Below, one piece after another: positions 1-10,419 of a stretch of DNA of 48,604 nucleotides. The stretch is from Eubacteriales bacterium (GTDB lineage: Bacteria; Bacillota; Clostridia; Oscillospirales; CAG-272). Both the position numbers and the translations under genes were made by a program. Under the pieces are notes generated by a model. That model was not told the DNA's origin, did not search any database, and was given only the letters and a program-made list of their open reading frames with translations. The stretch spans positions 1 to 48,604 of the forward strand of contig JAZTZC010000437.1 in NCBI GenBank assembly GCA_045637265.1, given 5' to 3'. Position 1 is the stretch's first letter, and each line of letters starts with the position of its first letter.

Positions 1-8
1 GCGGTGAC

Positions 9-28
9 ACCTTCCCCCGGGGGAAGGT
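9..28. repeat. Perfect 20-bp palindrome, probably the 3' hairpin of a REP-like intergenic element cut by the window edge
   Basis: ACCTTCCCCC/GGGGGAAGGT. Confidence 0.55.
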
Positions 29-88
29 TCCGACAGTGCGAACCATCACCGTATCATTCAACCGATATGTCCCGAAAGGAGCAGACCC

Positions 89-1363
89 ATGAAGATCAAG
101 GAAGCCGCCGCAAGGTGCCATCTGACCGAAAAAGCCATCCGCCTGTATGAAGAAAAAGGACTGATAACACCCGCGATGACAGAAATCAACGGCAGGATGT
201 TCCGCGACTATGACGAGGAAACCGTCCGCCGTCTGCAGACCATCGCCGCACTTCGACGTGCCTTTTTCTCCATAGAACAAATCGCGGCAATCCTCGATAC
301 CCCCGATGAAATCCCCGCAGTCTTTGCCGCCTACCGAGAAGAACTGCGCAGACAGTATGCCGATCTGAAGCCGCTTGTGCACCGTGCAGAGGAAGTCGAT
401 GCAGACACCCTCTCCACCGCCGCGGCAGTCTCTGCGGCATTGACATCTCCCGGCGCACACGGTGTTTCCGAGCAGGCATTGCCGACACTGCACTTCCGCG
501 TCTGGGATGAGGAGCTGTCGCGGGACGAGCGCGAGATTGCCTATGCGAGATGTCAGCGGTACATCGCACACTGGGGTCGCTTCTACGGCGCATATCTTGT
601 CTTTGATACGGTATGCGAGTGGATTGGGCGGTCGTTCAATATCATCACGATGGTACTCACAGCCACAGTGGTACTGGCGCTGGTGTTGTATTATGTGCCG
701 CTTCCCATCCGTGTTGACACAGAACTGACAGGCTATGAAGCGACCTTTGACGAGGACAGTCATCTGCTGTGGGAACTGCGCGAATCGTTCCAGTCTGTTG
801 AGGAAATTGAAAACTTCGATATTTCGCGCCTTCCCGACCCGACCGATGTTGTGGAGCGAACGGTATCCTTTGACGGCTGGATTCTGCGATATGCTTTTCA
901 CCAGGATGTATTCAAGGGGTATATCTCTGTATCGGGCTATGAATCGCTATCTCTGCCGTGGTCGATGTATCACGATTTTGATCCTGCCGACATGACCCCT
1001 GCTGAGAGCCGTTTCCAGTTTGCAGTCGATGGACTGTACGGAGAACTGAGATCCTTTGATTACCACAACGTCTGGCTCATCCGCGAGGATCGGGAAGCCC
1101 TCATCAGCATGATCCATGCGCACAAAAACAACTTGAGGGAAGCCATCCAGATCACGCCCGCCCCCGCCGGATATTATCTTCTCGATAACGGAGAGATCGA
1201 CCTAAACAGGATCACCTACCGAAAGCTCGGACATGACCGATACATTTTTGTTCCTGCCCAAAGCATCGAAGAAGCAAAATATCTCTATTACGAATACGAC
1301 TGGAAAGCACGCGAAATCCGCATCTTTGAACGAGAGCAGATGCGCACCGAAGCTGCGAAATAA
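89..1363 (+). CDS. Membrane-anchored MerR-family transcriptional regulator, copy 1
   Basis: N-terminal MerR HTH (MKIKEAA..LTEKAIRLYEEKGLI..R.Y), coiled region, one hydrophobic helix (IITMVLTATVVLALVLYYV), long C-terminal domain; AAGGAG RBS. Confidence 0.85.
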   Translation: MKIKEAAARCHLTEKAIRLYEEKGLITPAMTEINGRMFRDYDEETVRRLQTIAALRRAFFSIEQIAAILDTPDEIPAVFAAYREELRRQYADLKPLVHRAEEVDADTLSTAAAVSAALTSPGAHGVSEQALPTLHFRVWDEELSRDEREIAYARCQRYIAHWGRFYGAYLVFDTVCEWIGRSFNIITMVLTATVVLALVLYYVPLPIRVDTELTGYEATFDEDSHLLWELRESFQSVEEIENFDISRLPDPTDVVERTVSFDGWILRYAFHQDVFKGYISVSGYESLSLPWSMYHDFDPADMTPAESRFQFAVDGLYGELRSFDYHNVWLIREDREALISMIHAHKNNLREAIQITPAPAGYYLLDNGEIDLNRITYRKLGHDRYIFVPAQSIEEAKYLYYEYDWKAREIRIFEREQMRTEAAK

Positions 1364-1378
1364 CAGAAAGGAGCCGCC

Positions 1379-2644
1379 ATGCAAATCAAACAAGCCGCCG
1401 CATTATGCGGTCTGACCGAAAAAGCCATTCGACTGTATGAAGAAAAAGGCTTGATTGCGCCAACCCTCACCGAAAAAAACGGACGCAACTTCCGCGACTA
1501 TGATGAGAACACCGTCCGCCGCCTGCAAACCATCGCCATCTTGCGCAAATCGTTTTTCTCGCTTGACCAGATCGCGGCAATCCTCGATACCCCCGAAAAC
1601 ATTCCCGCCGTCTTTGCTTCCTACCGTGCGGAGCTTCACAAACAATACACCGACCTCAAACCTTTGATTTCCCGTGCGGAGGAAATCGACGCCGAAACCC
1701 TTACCGATGTCACCGCAGTATCGGACGCGATGACCGCACCGGCACCGCACGGCATCTCCGACGAAGCACTTCCGACCGTGCATTTCCGCGTCTGGGACGA
1801 GGGTGCATCGACGGACGAGCGCGAGTTGGCATATGCAAGATATCAGAAATGGATTGCGCGCTGGGAAAAACGGTATGCCGCGGAGCTAGCGGTGCGGTAT
1901 GTGTTTGAAAGAACTTTCTGGAAGTGGATTGCACTCTCCGCTGTGATTCTTTCTGTCACGGGTTGGTATTTATACACACAGCCGTTTATCACGGATATCG
2001 ATCTGACATTGCACGGCTACGAAATCATTCTCCCGAATGAGCGGGTGATTCCTGTCGATGTTGATTCCCTGCCCGATGCCGATGCTGTTTATGCGCTCGA
2101 TTTGAAGCCGTATATTCCCGAATCCGAGGGAATACCGCGTCACATGACACTGCGTGGTGAATACCACCATTATCTGTTCAAGCCGGATCAATTCCGCGGT
2201 GAGCTGATTCTGGACAGCTATGAAATCCATGTCTCCGACAGAAACGGTATTCGGAGCGGCGGTCAGCCGACACCCGAGGAATGCAGGGAATACTATGGGG
2301 AAAATTTTGTTCTTACAGAATTGGAATTTGGTCCCGGTTATTTGTGGCAAATTTATATTGAGAAAGCCTTCGGCGGCAGAATGGAGCGCGATTCCGATCA
2401 CAGTATCATTAACGATCTCAGAATCTTTGGTGAAAAAGAAGCACCTCAGTTCATTTTCAGTACCATAGAGTATGCAGGCGAAAAGAACGGAATGACACAC
2501 TATAACTCGACCGATCGGTACCTTGTCTTTCCGGCAGAATCGGCAACTGATGCCGTCTACCGTTATTTTGATACTATCTGGCGCGCCGATCAGGCATACT
2601 ATCACGATGTTATCAAACCGTATGAACAAGAAGAGGAGAAATAA
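1379..2644 (+). CDS. Membrane-anchored MerR-family transcriptional regulator, copy 2
   Basis: Same HTH, HFRVWDE motif, TM helix WIALSAVILSVTGWYLY; AAGGAG RBS. Confidence 0.85.
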   Translation: MQIKQAAALCGLTEKAIRLYEEKGLIAPTLTEKNGRNFRDYDENTVRRLQTIAILRKSFFSLDQIAAILDTPENIPAVFASYRAELHKQYTDLKPLISRAEEIDAETLTDVTAVSDAMTAPAPHGISDEALPTVHFRVWDEGASTDERELAYARYQKWIARWEKRYAAELAVRYVFERTFWKWIALSAVILSVTGWYLYTQPFITDIDLTLHGYEIILPNERVIPVDVDSLPDADAVYALDLKPYIPESEGIPRHMTLRGEYHHYLFKPDQFRGELILDSYEIHVSDRNGIRSGGQPTPEECREYYGENFVLTELEFGPGYLWQIYIEKAFGGRMERDSDHSIINDLRIFGEKEAPQFIFSTIEYAGEKNGMTHYNSTDRYLVFPAESATDAVYRYFDTIWRADQAYYHDVIKPYEQEEEK

Positions 2645-2647
2645 CCT

Positions 2648-3952
2648 GTGCAAATCAAAGAAGCCGCCGCATTATGCGGACTGACCGAAAAAGCCATCCG
2701 ACTGTATGAAGAAAAAGGCTTAATCACACCGACCTATACCGAGATCAACGGGCGCAAATTCCGAGACTATGATGATAAAACCGTGGAACAGCTGAAAACC
2801 ATCGCAGGGCTTCGCCAGTCGTTTTTCTCCATTGAACAAATTGCGGCAATGCAGAACACGCCCGAGGATATCCCCGCGATCTTCTCGGAATACCGCGACG
2901 AGCTGCGCGGAAAGTTCCGTGAATTGGAAGAATTGCTGGAGCGTGCCGATGCCGTGATTCCGTCGTCGCTTTCCTCTGCAGAAGCACTTGCCGAAGCACT
3001 CGGCGGCGTATTGCCCGCACCGAACGAACCTGCACAGATTGCCGATATCTCCGCCGCTCTCCCCGAGGACGAACCCTACCGTATTCGCCGCGTAGAGACG
3101 CATGCCGTGCCGGAAATGCGGTTCCGTGTCTGGGATGAGGATGTGGACCGCGATGCGCGTGAGGCGGCGTACGAGCGATATCTGCGCTATGTAAAGGAGT
3201 GGGAACGCTCCTACGATGCCGAATTGAAAATAGACAAGGTCAAGCACTTTTGGCTATACCCCATCGGTAAGTTCGTGGTTCTGCCGCTGCTCTGCCTTGC
3301 CGTCATCGGATGTTTTCTGTACTTTGTCGGCTGGCGGTCAAAGGTCGATATCACCTATACAGGATACGAAATCACGTTTTCGGAGGATGTATGGGATGAA
3401 ATCGGGACAAAGCTGAGCGCGCTTCCCGATGGCGCAAAACCGCACGAGATGGATGTATCGGAATTTCCACAGGCTGTGGAGAGCCGAAACATCGATTTCC
3501 GTTTTGACGGATGGAAGACAGATTATCTGTTCAAGAAGGATACTTTTGAAGGTCTGATGATCTCCGACGGTTTCGGCGGTTTTGATGCAGGCAACCGCAG
3601 AAAGCTGCTCGGTGATATGATGTATCAGATGACACTGCCGGGACAGATCATGCAGAACGGCTTCTATACCACGCCAATTCGTGCCGCTGACCGCGCCTTG
3701 CTGCTCTTCTGTGAGTATGCGGCAGATTTTGGCGATGAGGACGGCATTCTGATTTTCCCACTCATGGAATCCAAAGGGTTTGATGCAAACGGCGAAGGAC
3801 ACAGCTCCGGAAACACCTACATCATCCTCGGTGCCAAATCGCCCGAAGAAGCCTCCCAACTCTTCTGGGATCGAATCTGGCGTCAATGGCAGGAAGACAT
3901 CTACGAAGTCAATCCCGACTATTTCCGCGAAACAACCGCGACAACCGAATAA
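2648..3952 (+). CDS. Membrane-anchored MerR-family transcriptional regulator, copy 3 (GTG start)
   Basis: Same HTH, RFRVWDE motif, TM helix FVVLPLLCLAVIGCFLYFV; GAGGAG RBS within the end of copy 2. Confidence 0.85.
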   Translation: MQIKEAAALCGLTEKAIRLYEEKGLITPTYTEINGRKFRDYDDKTVEQLKTIAGLRQSFFSIEQIAAMQNTPEDIPAIFSEYRDELRGKFRELEELLERADAVIPSSLSSAEALAEALGGVLPAPNEPAQIADISAALPEDEPYRIRRVETHAVPEMRFRVWDEDVDRDAREAAYERYLRYVKEWERSYDAELKIDKVKHFWLYPIGKFVVLPLLCLAVIGCFLYFVGWRSKVDITYTGYEITFSEDVWDEIGTKLSALPDGAKPHEMDVSEFPQAVESRNIDFRFDGWKTDYLFKKDTFEGLMISDGFGGFDAGNRRKLLGDMMYQMTLPGQIMQNGFYTTPIRAADRALLLFCEYAADFGDEDGILIFPLMESKGFDANGEGHSSGNTYIILGAKSPEEASQLFWDRIWRQWQEDIYEVNPDYFRETTATTE

Positions 3953-3965
3953 CGCAAAAAACACA

Positions 3966-4001
3966 ACGGACTGCCGTACACCAAACCGTACAGCAGTCCG
4001 T
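3966..4001. terminator. Probable bidirectional intrinsic terminator between convergent genes
   Basis: ACGGACTGCCGTAC...GTACAGCAGTCCGT inverted repeat. Confidence 0.7.
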
Positions 4002-4006
4002 ATTTG

Positions 4007-7000
4007 TTATGTCTGATTTTCGGGAGATTGCTCCGATTCCGCAGTTTCGTTTTCCTGCGTGGATTCCGTCGGTGCTTCCACGGGTTCTGTGGTCGGCGGT
4101 TCCGTGGGGTCTTCGACAGGATCGGTCGTCGGTGTTTCTGTGGGGTCTTCAATGACGGGATCATCCGCCGGTTCTTCTGTCGGTTTGTCTTCGGTGACAG
4201 GAAGTGAGAGAATACCGTGAATCCGTACCAGCAGCGCCGCAATTTCCGCACGGGAAATGACCGCACCCGGACGGAGTGTATTGTCCTCAAAGCCGCTGAT
4301 CAAGCCATAGCCGACAATTCGTGTGATGTTGATTCTCGCCCAGTCGGGAATATCCGCATCATCTGCAAACGAAGTCGTCATCGAAAGTTCCGCTTTTTCC
4401 GCAAGCAGCGCACCAAGTACCTGCAGTACCTCTGCGCGGGACATCGTATCCTCGGAGGCAAAGCGGACAAGCGGATTCCCGTTTTCGTCATTGCCCGCAC
4501 CCTTGCCGCGCATATAGCCGGCTTCCGTAACCGCCGCGATGTACGGAATACCCCATACGGGAATTTCCTCAGCATCGGCAAAGGATGCGACAGATGCATC
4601 ATCATTGATCGGCAAGGCCATGAATTTTGCGATCATAACCGCAAATTCCACGCGTGTCAGACCGTCCGTCGGCGCAAAACGGTACGTACCGTCACCCATG
4701 GCAATGCCGCTTACCACACCCATGCGGTACAGCGTTTCAATGCTGTCATGTGCCCACATTCCATGTGTATCGTTAAACACAGCCATGCTGTCGCCATAGA
4801 AATACGTCAGATCGTCAATGGTCAATGTAAATGTTTCTGCCGAGGTCAGCAATTTTATGATCGTGAAGTCAGAAATGCCTTTTTTATCGATCATTGTTGT
4901 GTCGAGCGATATCCGCATCCATCCGCCGATACGGGTAAAGTCATCGGAAACGGTCCACGGCAGAGTATATTCCCTGTCGCCGCAGGTCATGACAGCGGAA
5001 AGGTCTGCAGGAAGCGTTCCCTTGACATAGAGATCGATGCGTTTGACGGGATGGGATGCCTTCGGTGTCCGGATGGGTGCCAGCCACAGCCCCTCGACCG
5101 AAACCGCCGCAGAACCGTTTCTGCCGCCGTTTGTCATACGGGTGACCTTAGCGGTGCTGTCATATACAACGTGCGTGTTCGGCATTCCGCTGTTCAGATT
5201 CATAACCACCTGTTCCGCGGCACCGAATGTCACGGGCACCGTTGTCCGATAGACAGCGCCTCCGTCGTCGGTAACCGCCAAAATCAGATTGGCTCTCTGT
5301 GCATGATCGAGTACCTTTGTGCTGTAAACCGTCATGGACATACCGACATATCCCGCGGCTTCCTCACCGTCCTTGACAGGAATAACCGACGCGCGCAGAT
5401 CCTTTACCGCAATCTGTACCGGATATCCCTTCCATTTGCCCGATATCTTGACCGGTGCGGAATGACTACCGAACGGAATTGTCAGCGAAGTCACATCGGC
5501 GGAAATGCTGTCCAACCGATCCACACGGAACACAGTTTCGGTCGTCTCAAGAACATATTCCGTGACAGTACCGCTTTCCGTATCCGTCACACCAATCCGT
5601 ATCTGCGCCGTAACATCGATAGTCTTGGCTGTCAGGTCAGGCGTCAGATGGCCGTTTTCGTCAATCGTTCCGCCAACGGCAGACCATATAATCTGCGCAT
5701 TGTCAAAGGTCAGCGGTGTGCGGCTGCGGTCGGTGATTTTCACATCCAGGTCAACTGCCGCATTTCGGAAAACCAGCGGTGCATCGGGCGTGATCTCCGC
5801 ATAATACGGAATACCGTCAGACACCGATGCATCGACAAACAGTACCGCATTGGATACCTTGCGCTCCACGCCGTCCGTCGGTTTGTTCTGTACGGTGAAC
5901 GATGCATCATCGCCGCGAACAATGACAGTTGTGGAACCGCCGCCGTCGAGGTTGATGGCACCGATGCATCCGAGCGACTGCATGGTCTTGGCAAGCTCCT
6001 CCAGCGTCAGACCTTTGGATGCTGTTGTTCTGCCGTCTACCGCTAAGAAAAGCAGTTTTCCGTCCGCTGTATAACCGACTGCGGTACGCGGATTTTCCTT
6101 TTTTCCGTGATCTTTGTCGAAATCATCGCTGTGAATCTCGCCGTTTTCAATCAGCAGATCCCCGCCGCCGAGTGCCAGCGTGACATCCGACCAGCCCTCC
6201 GCCGCGGTACAGGAAATCGAAACGGCGTCACCGACGGCAAGTGCACGGTAGGCTTCCGCCTGGGTGCACTTCTCATGCAGATAAATGATAAATCCGTCTT
6301 CGGGAATCTCGCTGTTTTTGCTCTTTTCGCGGATTTCCGTCAAAGTCGCGCGGACTTCACCCGCAAGCGAGAAGACACCTTCCTCGATTTTGAATACGTA
6401 TTCTGTTCCCTCTTCTGTGGAATAAGTCGTTTTTCCGTGATCGGGTGTACACAGATACGCACCCCAGACTGCGGGATATTTGTTGATGTGCGCTATGGGA
6501 AGCGTCAGCACATCTGTTTCGTTTTCCGTTATTTTATGTAGGGTCGTTGTGATCGACGGTCTGCCGAGCAGATACGTACCGTCGGCTTTGATGCCGATGG
6601 CGGTTTCTCCCGCATCCGAGGACAGTATGATTCCGTCCTGAATCAGAACCCCCATCGGAATCCCCGTCTGCATACTGAAAAAGTCACCGTTGATGCCGCC
6701 GACCACACGTGAACCGCTTTCCGCAAGCTGTGATTGTACCAGCCGCATCATCGTGCCTGTCGTTTCGCGTCCGACCACATGGGTTCCGTAGGTCACCATC
6801 GGCAATACAGACTGTCCCGGATGATATGTAAACAGATACCCTCTCTGTGATTCTCCGTCCTTTTCTGCCAAAATCGCCTCATACTGCAGTCCATCCGCGG
6901 GAGATGTTTCTGTGCGGTAGATCATCGTATCATCGGAAATGACAAACGCCGAAACAGACAGAACTACACACGACATCACCAGAAGACACGAAAGCATCCC

Positions 7001-7033
7001 GCCGATCAGTTGACGGACAGGAAATAAGTTCAT
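4007..7033 (-). CDS. Secreted phosphodiester glycosidase (NAGPA-like) protein with C-terminal SLH domains and acidic Pro/Thr tail
   Basis: Signal peptide; GGINGDFF, NPRTAVG, VDGR and AINLDGGGSTT motifs; three SLH-like repeats (LTRVEFA, MSRAEVL, GFEDNTLRPGAVISRAEIA). Confidence 0.85.
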   Translation of the reverse strand: MNLFPVRQLIGGMLSCLLVMSCVVLSVSAFVISDDTMIYRTETSPADGLQYEAILAEKDGESQRGYLFTYHPGQSVLPMVTYGTHVVGRETTGTMMRLVQSQLAESGSRVVGGINGDFFSMQTGIPMGVLIQDGIILSSDAGETAIGIKADGTYLLGRPSITTTLHKITENETDVLTLPIAHINKYPAVWGAYLCTPDHGKTTYSTEEGTEYVFKIEEGVFSLAGEVRATLTEIREKSKNSEIPEDGFIIYLHEKCTQAEAYRALAVGDAVSISCTAAEGWSDVTLALGGGDLLIENGEIHSDDFDKDHGKKENPRTAVGYTADGKLLFLAVDGRTTASKGLTLEELAKTMQSLGCIGAINLDGGGSTTVIVRGDDASFTVQNKPTDGVERKVSNAVLFVDASVSDGIPYYAEITPDAPLVFRNAAVDLDVKITDRSRTPLTFDNAQIIWSAVGGTIDENGHLTPDLTAKTIDVTAQIRIGVTDTESGTVTEYVLETTETVFRVDRLDSISADVTSLTIPFGSHSAPVKISGKWKGYPVQIAVKDLRASVIPVKDGEEAAGYVGMSMTVYSTKVLDHAQRANLILAVTDDGGAVYRTTVPVTFGAAEQVVMNLNSGMPNTHVVYDSTAKVTRMTNGGRNGSAAVSVEGLWLAPIRTPKASHPVKRIDLYVKGTLPADLSAVMTCGDREYTLPWTVSDDFTRIGGWMRISLDTTMIDKKGISDFTIIKLLTSAETFTLTIDDLTYFYGDSMAVFNDTHGMWAHDSIETLYRMGVVSGIAMGDGTYRFAPTDGLTRVEFAVMIAKFMALPINDDASVASFADAEEIPVWGIPYIAAVTEAGYMRGKGAGNDENGNPLVRFASEDTMSRAEVLQVLGALLAEKAELSMTTSFADDADIPDWARINITRIVGYGLISGFEDNTLRPGAVISRAEIAALLVRIHGILSLPVTEDKPTEEPADDPVIEDPTETPTTDPVEDPTEPPTTEPVEAPTESTQENETAESEQSPENQT

Positions 7034-7138
7034 AGGTCATTGCTCCTTTGTTACTGTTTTTTCTTTTATTTTACCACAAAAGTATCCGTCCTGCAAGAGG
7101 TATCGCGAAAGACGTATGCAGCATTTTTTGCCAAAAAA

Positions 7139-7167
7139 CAAAAGAGCCGCAATCAACAGCTCTTTTG
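7139..7167 (-). terminator. Intrinsic terminator after the GH20 gene
   Basis: CAAAAGAGC...GCTCTTTTG hairpin; adjacent A-run gives a U-tail on the minus strand. Confidence 0.6.
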
Positions 7168-7183
7168 TCAAATTAAAATCGGA

Positions 7184-8608
7184 TTATTTACGCAGAATAC
7201 GGTCAAGTACCGCATCGGTACGGGCATACACCGCGGCAAGTGTATCTGCGGTCATGTCAGAGTGTGCATTCCAGGTCTTCTCGGCAAGGGCGGGAATCCG
7301 CTCACGGATCAGCGCAAATTCGGCGCTGCACGCCTCCTCGTTGGAGGACATTCCGACAAGCTGATCGCCCCACGCACAGATTTGTCCGCCGAGAACGGGC
7401 GCTGTGTCGGGGACAACGATATCCCGCTTGGACGCGATGGACTTTTCCCACCAATGCTGCCAGCGGTAGATATCCCAGTTAAGAATCTCACCGGGTGTCC
7501 AATGCGTGTTCGGTGTGCAGATATAAAGCGGCTTCCACGAGCAATTGATCAGCGTAAATCCACCCTCCAGAAGTTCGGGAGCAAGCTGGTAATAGGACTC
7601 CCATGCGATAACAAGAACATCCTTGGAAATCAGATGGTTGTATTCCTTGGAAAAGCCTTCCCAAATGACAGGTGTGACGCCTTTGGAAAGTACATAATCG
7701 GTCATTCTCTGCAGATAGTGTGCATACAGCGCGTGAACATCGGGCAGATCGTGCGCCTCACGGTAAGCCCGGCAGCCCTCACAGTCATCCCAGCGTGCAA
7801 TTGCCGCTTCATCGCCGCCCAGATGCAGATAGCGGGCATCGGGGAACACGGCAAGGATTTCGTCGATCAGCGTTTCGAGTGCCGCAAATGTCTTCTCTTC
7901 GGCACACATAATGCCGTGCGAGCCGAAAATTTCGGGATATGCTGCATTGAAGCAAGCACAATGACCGGGCAGATCCAGTTCCGGAACGAGCAGGACACCG
8001 CGTTCTTTTGCATAGGTATCGAGCGCAATCAAAGCTTCCTTTGTATAACAGCGATTTTCCGTGCGGAGTTTCGGATATGCGTCCGTCGGGAAGGTAAAGC
8101 TCTGGTCATCGGTAAAATGCAGCTGCAGTCGGCTGATCTTATAGAGATAGCAAAGATCAATCGCATCGTAAAGATATTTGATCGGATGCCACTTGCGCGC
8201 AAGGTCGATCATAAGACCACGCCATGTGCCGTCGGGAGCATCTTCCACATGCATATCGGGAACGCAAAGTCCATCCTCACCTGCCTCCACAGACAGAACG
8301 AGTGCGGCAAACGCGTAGTTCAGGGCTGCGGCATTTCGCGTGTGTATCGTTACACCTTCTTCGCTTGCATCGATGACATACGCGTTTTCTCCAAGTGCGG
8401 GATCACAAATGCAGACAATGCCAGCATCCTCACGCTTGCCCACACGGGAAAGAAAACGGTAAAAAACACGGTCAAAATAATCGGATGCCGCCATCATGGC
8501 TTCTTTTTCGGAGCCGTTAAAGCCTTCACAGTAATAGGTCGGCATCAGAGCGCGAACAGTTTCTCCGTATTGAACCGTTTTGGGATTCGGCAGAATCTTA
8601 TGTTTCAT
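7184..8608 (-). CDS. Glycoside hydrolase family 20 (beta-N-acetylhexosaminidase), no signal peptide
   Basis: WRGLMIDLAR, LQLHFTDDQS, VPELDLPGH, catalytic HLGGDEA. Confidence 0.9.
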   Translation of the reverse strand: MKHKILPNPKTVQYGETVRALMPTYYCEGFNGSEKEAMMAASDYFDRVFYRFLSRVGKREDAGIVCICDPALGENAYVIDASEEGVTIHTRNAAALNYAFAALVLSVEAGEDGLCVPDMHVEDAPDGTWRGLMIDLARKWHPIKYLYDAIDLCYLYKISRLQLHFTDDQSFTFPTDAYPKLRTENRCYTKEALIALDTYAKERGVLLVPELDLPGHCACFNAAYPEIFGSHGIMCAEEKTFAALETLIDEILAVFPDARYLHLGGDEAAIARWDDCEGCRAYREAHDLPDVHALYAHYLQRMTDYVLSKGVTPVIWEGFSKEYNHLISKDVLVIAWESYYQLAPELLEGGFTLINCSWKPLYICTPNTHWTPGEILNWDIYRWQHWWEKSIASKRDIVVPDTAPVLGGQICAWGDQLVGMSSNEEACSAEFALIRERIPALAEKTWNAHSDMTADTLAAVYARTDAVLDRILRK

Positions 8609-9414
8609 CAGAATGTTCCTCCGTTGTTGTATGCATAAAACAGTTTATCATAATTTTCCTTAATTTCGGACAAGGAGGCAGTTGCCTCGTAATTGAACAC
8701 ACCGTTGTAGCCGACAGCTTCCAATGCGGCAAGCAGCGACATCCAGTTGATCTTTCCCGCACCCGGCAGCCAATGGCGTTCATCGACATAGTCGTGATCA
8801 GAGATGTGCGTGGTCAGAATGCGGGTTCCCAGTGCATAAACAGCATCCTCGGATGTTTCCTTGAGGAAATGGTTGACGTCGACACACGCACCGACACCGG
8901 CAGGCATCGCATCAATGATGGCAATTCCTTCCGCCGCCGTGTTGAACAGGCAGGTACGCGGAAGGGATTCGACAGCAATGGGGGTCTTTGTCCATGCGGT
9001 CATCTGCACAAGCGAATCGTGCAGTGCCGCAAGCTGGATCGGACGGATGTCGTCGGAGATCGGCTCAAAGCTGCCATGAATGATGTAGCAGTTCGGATGA
9101 TAGGCATCCATGACGGGCAATATTTCGCGGATGTTGGCTAATGCTTCCGCACGAATCGAGTCCTCATGATGTGCGAAATTCCAGTGATTACCGAACGAAA
9201 TATGGACACCGTTAAAGAAGAGTCCTGATGATTTGACCAGTTCAAGACCGTCGACAAGTCCTTTCATGGCGTCAATCTCTTTGTCACGATGCGGCCAGAA
9301 AGCACAGAGATCAAGATCCATCGCATCAAATCCGAGCGCTTTGGCTTCTTTTAACTTGTCCGCAAAGCCTTCGCGGAACAGGGAAAGCGAGGTACCTAAA
9401 CGAAGTTGATACAT
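8608..9414 (-). CDS. Sugar phosphate isomerase/epimerase (xylose isomerase-like TIM barrel)
   Basis: AVESLPR, CVDVNH, THISD..DERHWLPGAG, YNGVFNYE metal motifs; stop abuts the GH20 start. Confidence 0.85.
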   Translation of the reverse strand: MYQLRLGTSLSLFREGFADKLKEAKALGFDAMDLDLCAFWPHRDKEIDAMKGLVDGLELVKSSGLFFNGVHISFGNHWNFAHHEDSIRAEALANIREILPVMDAYHPNCYIIHGSFEPISDDIRPIQLAALHDSLVQMTAWTKTPIAVESLPRTCLFNTAAEGIAIIDAMPAGVGACVDVNHFLKETSEDAVYALGTRILTTHISDHDYVDERHWLPGAGKINWMSLLAALEAVGYNGVFNYEATASLSEIKENYDKLFYAYNNGGTF

Positions 9415-9438
9415 AACCGTTGATTCCTTTCTGTTCTG

Positions 9439-10404
9439 TCAGATTTTTAAGATCAGATTGCAAAGCACGACCGCCACGGGAATCGTGAACATCGAAAGTG
9501 CGGTCGACATACCGACAGTCTTTGACGCATAGTCGGGACGCATATCGTAGATTTCCGAGAACATCGCAGTGACAGCAGCAGTCGGCAGGCTTGCCATGAC
9601 TGTAAAGAAGATGACATAGTCATCGGACATACCGCAGAAATGGTAGATCAGCGCAATGACGCACGGTGCAATCAAAAGCCGCAGGAATGAAAATATGTAA
9701 AGCTGTACATCGCAAAAGATTTTTTTCAAAGGAAGACGAGACAGATTGGCACCAATGACAAGCAGGACGACAGGGGTACAGATATTGTTCATATACCCGA
9801 CAGCCGCGGAAACAGGTGCGGGCAGGTCAATCTGCAAAACAAAGAACAGAAAACCGACGAGACACGGCGTTGTTCCGTGATTGAGGATCAGCTTCAGAGG
9901 ATTGATGCGGATTTTCTCACCCGGAGCATCCCGATCCTTTCCGCGCGACAGCACGATCATGCCATACGACCAGACAGAAAGATTGAAGGCAACAACGTAA
10001 AATGCACCCCAGAACAGACCAATGTCGCCGAACATCGTCTGCAGAAGCGGAAATCCCATAAAACCCGCATTGACGAAGGTCAGGCTGTATTCGGTCAGAA
10101 TACGCTCCACCTTGTCACGGCGGACATAGTGTGCCGTGAGAAACGCAAACAGCGCAAGGATGGCATGCGACAGCATTCCAATGCCGAGAATCGACAGTCC
10201 CGCCATCAGATTGTCGCGGGAATATTCAACATTGACAAGCGCATTGAACAGCATAAACGGCTGTGCAACATTAACGGTCAGCTTCGACAGTTTTTTGGAC
10301 ATCCCCTCGTCGATGATTCCCGTTTTTGCGGCATACAGCCCGATCAGCATCAGAATGAGAAGTGAGATCACGGCTTTTGCCGCAACGGAAAATGAAACAG
10401 TCAT
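9439..10404 (-). CDS. AEC (auxin efflux carrier) family transporter
   Basis: About 10 TM helices; NAGFMGFP and SLPTA motifs. Confidence 0.88.
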   Translation of the reverse strand: MTVSFSVAAKAVISLLILMLIGLYAAKTGIIDEGMSKKLSKLTVNVAQPFMLFNALVNVEYSRDNLMAGLSILGIGMLSHAILALFAFLTAHYVRRDKVERILTEYSLTFVNAGFMGFPLLQTMFGDIGLFWGAFYVVAFNLSVWSYGMIVLSRGKDRDAPGEKIRINPLKLILNHGTTPCLVGFLFFVLQIDLPAPVSAAVGYMNNICTPVVLLVIGANLSRLPLKKIFCDVQLYIFSFLRLLIAPCVIALIYHFCGMSDDYVIFFTVMASLPTAAVTAMFSEIYDMRPDYASKTVGMSTALSMFTIPVAVVLCNLILKI

Positions 10405-10419
10405 GAATGTAAGATCCTT

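Noticed and set aside
4217-8638. Long + strand ORFs 4217..6046 and 7040..8638
   Set aside because: Antisense shadows of the SLH glycosidase and GH20 genes; no motifs.
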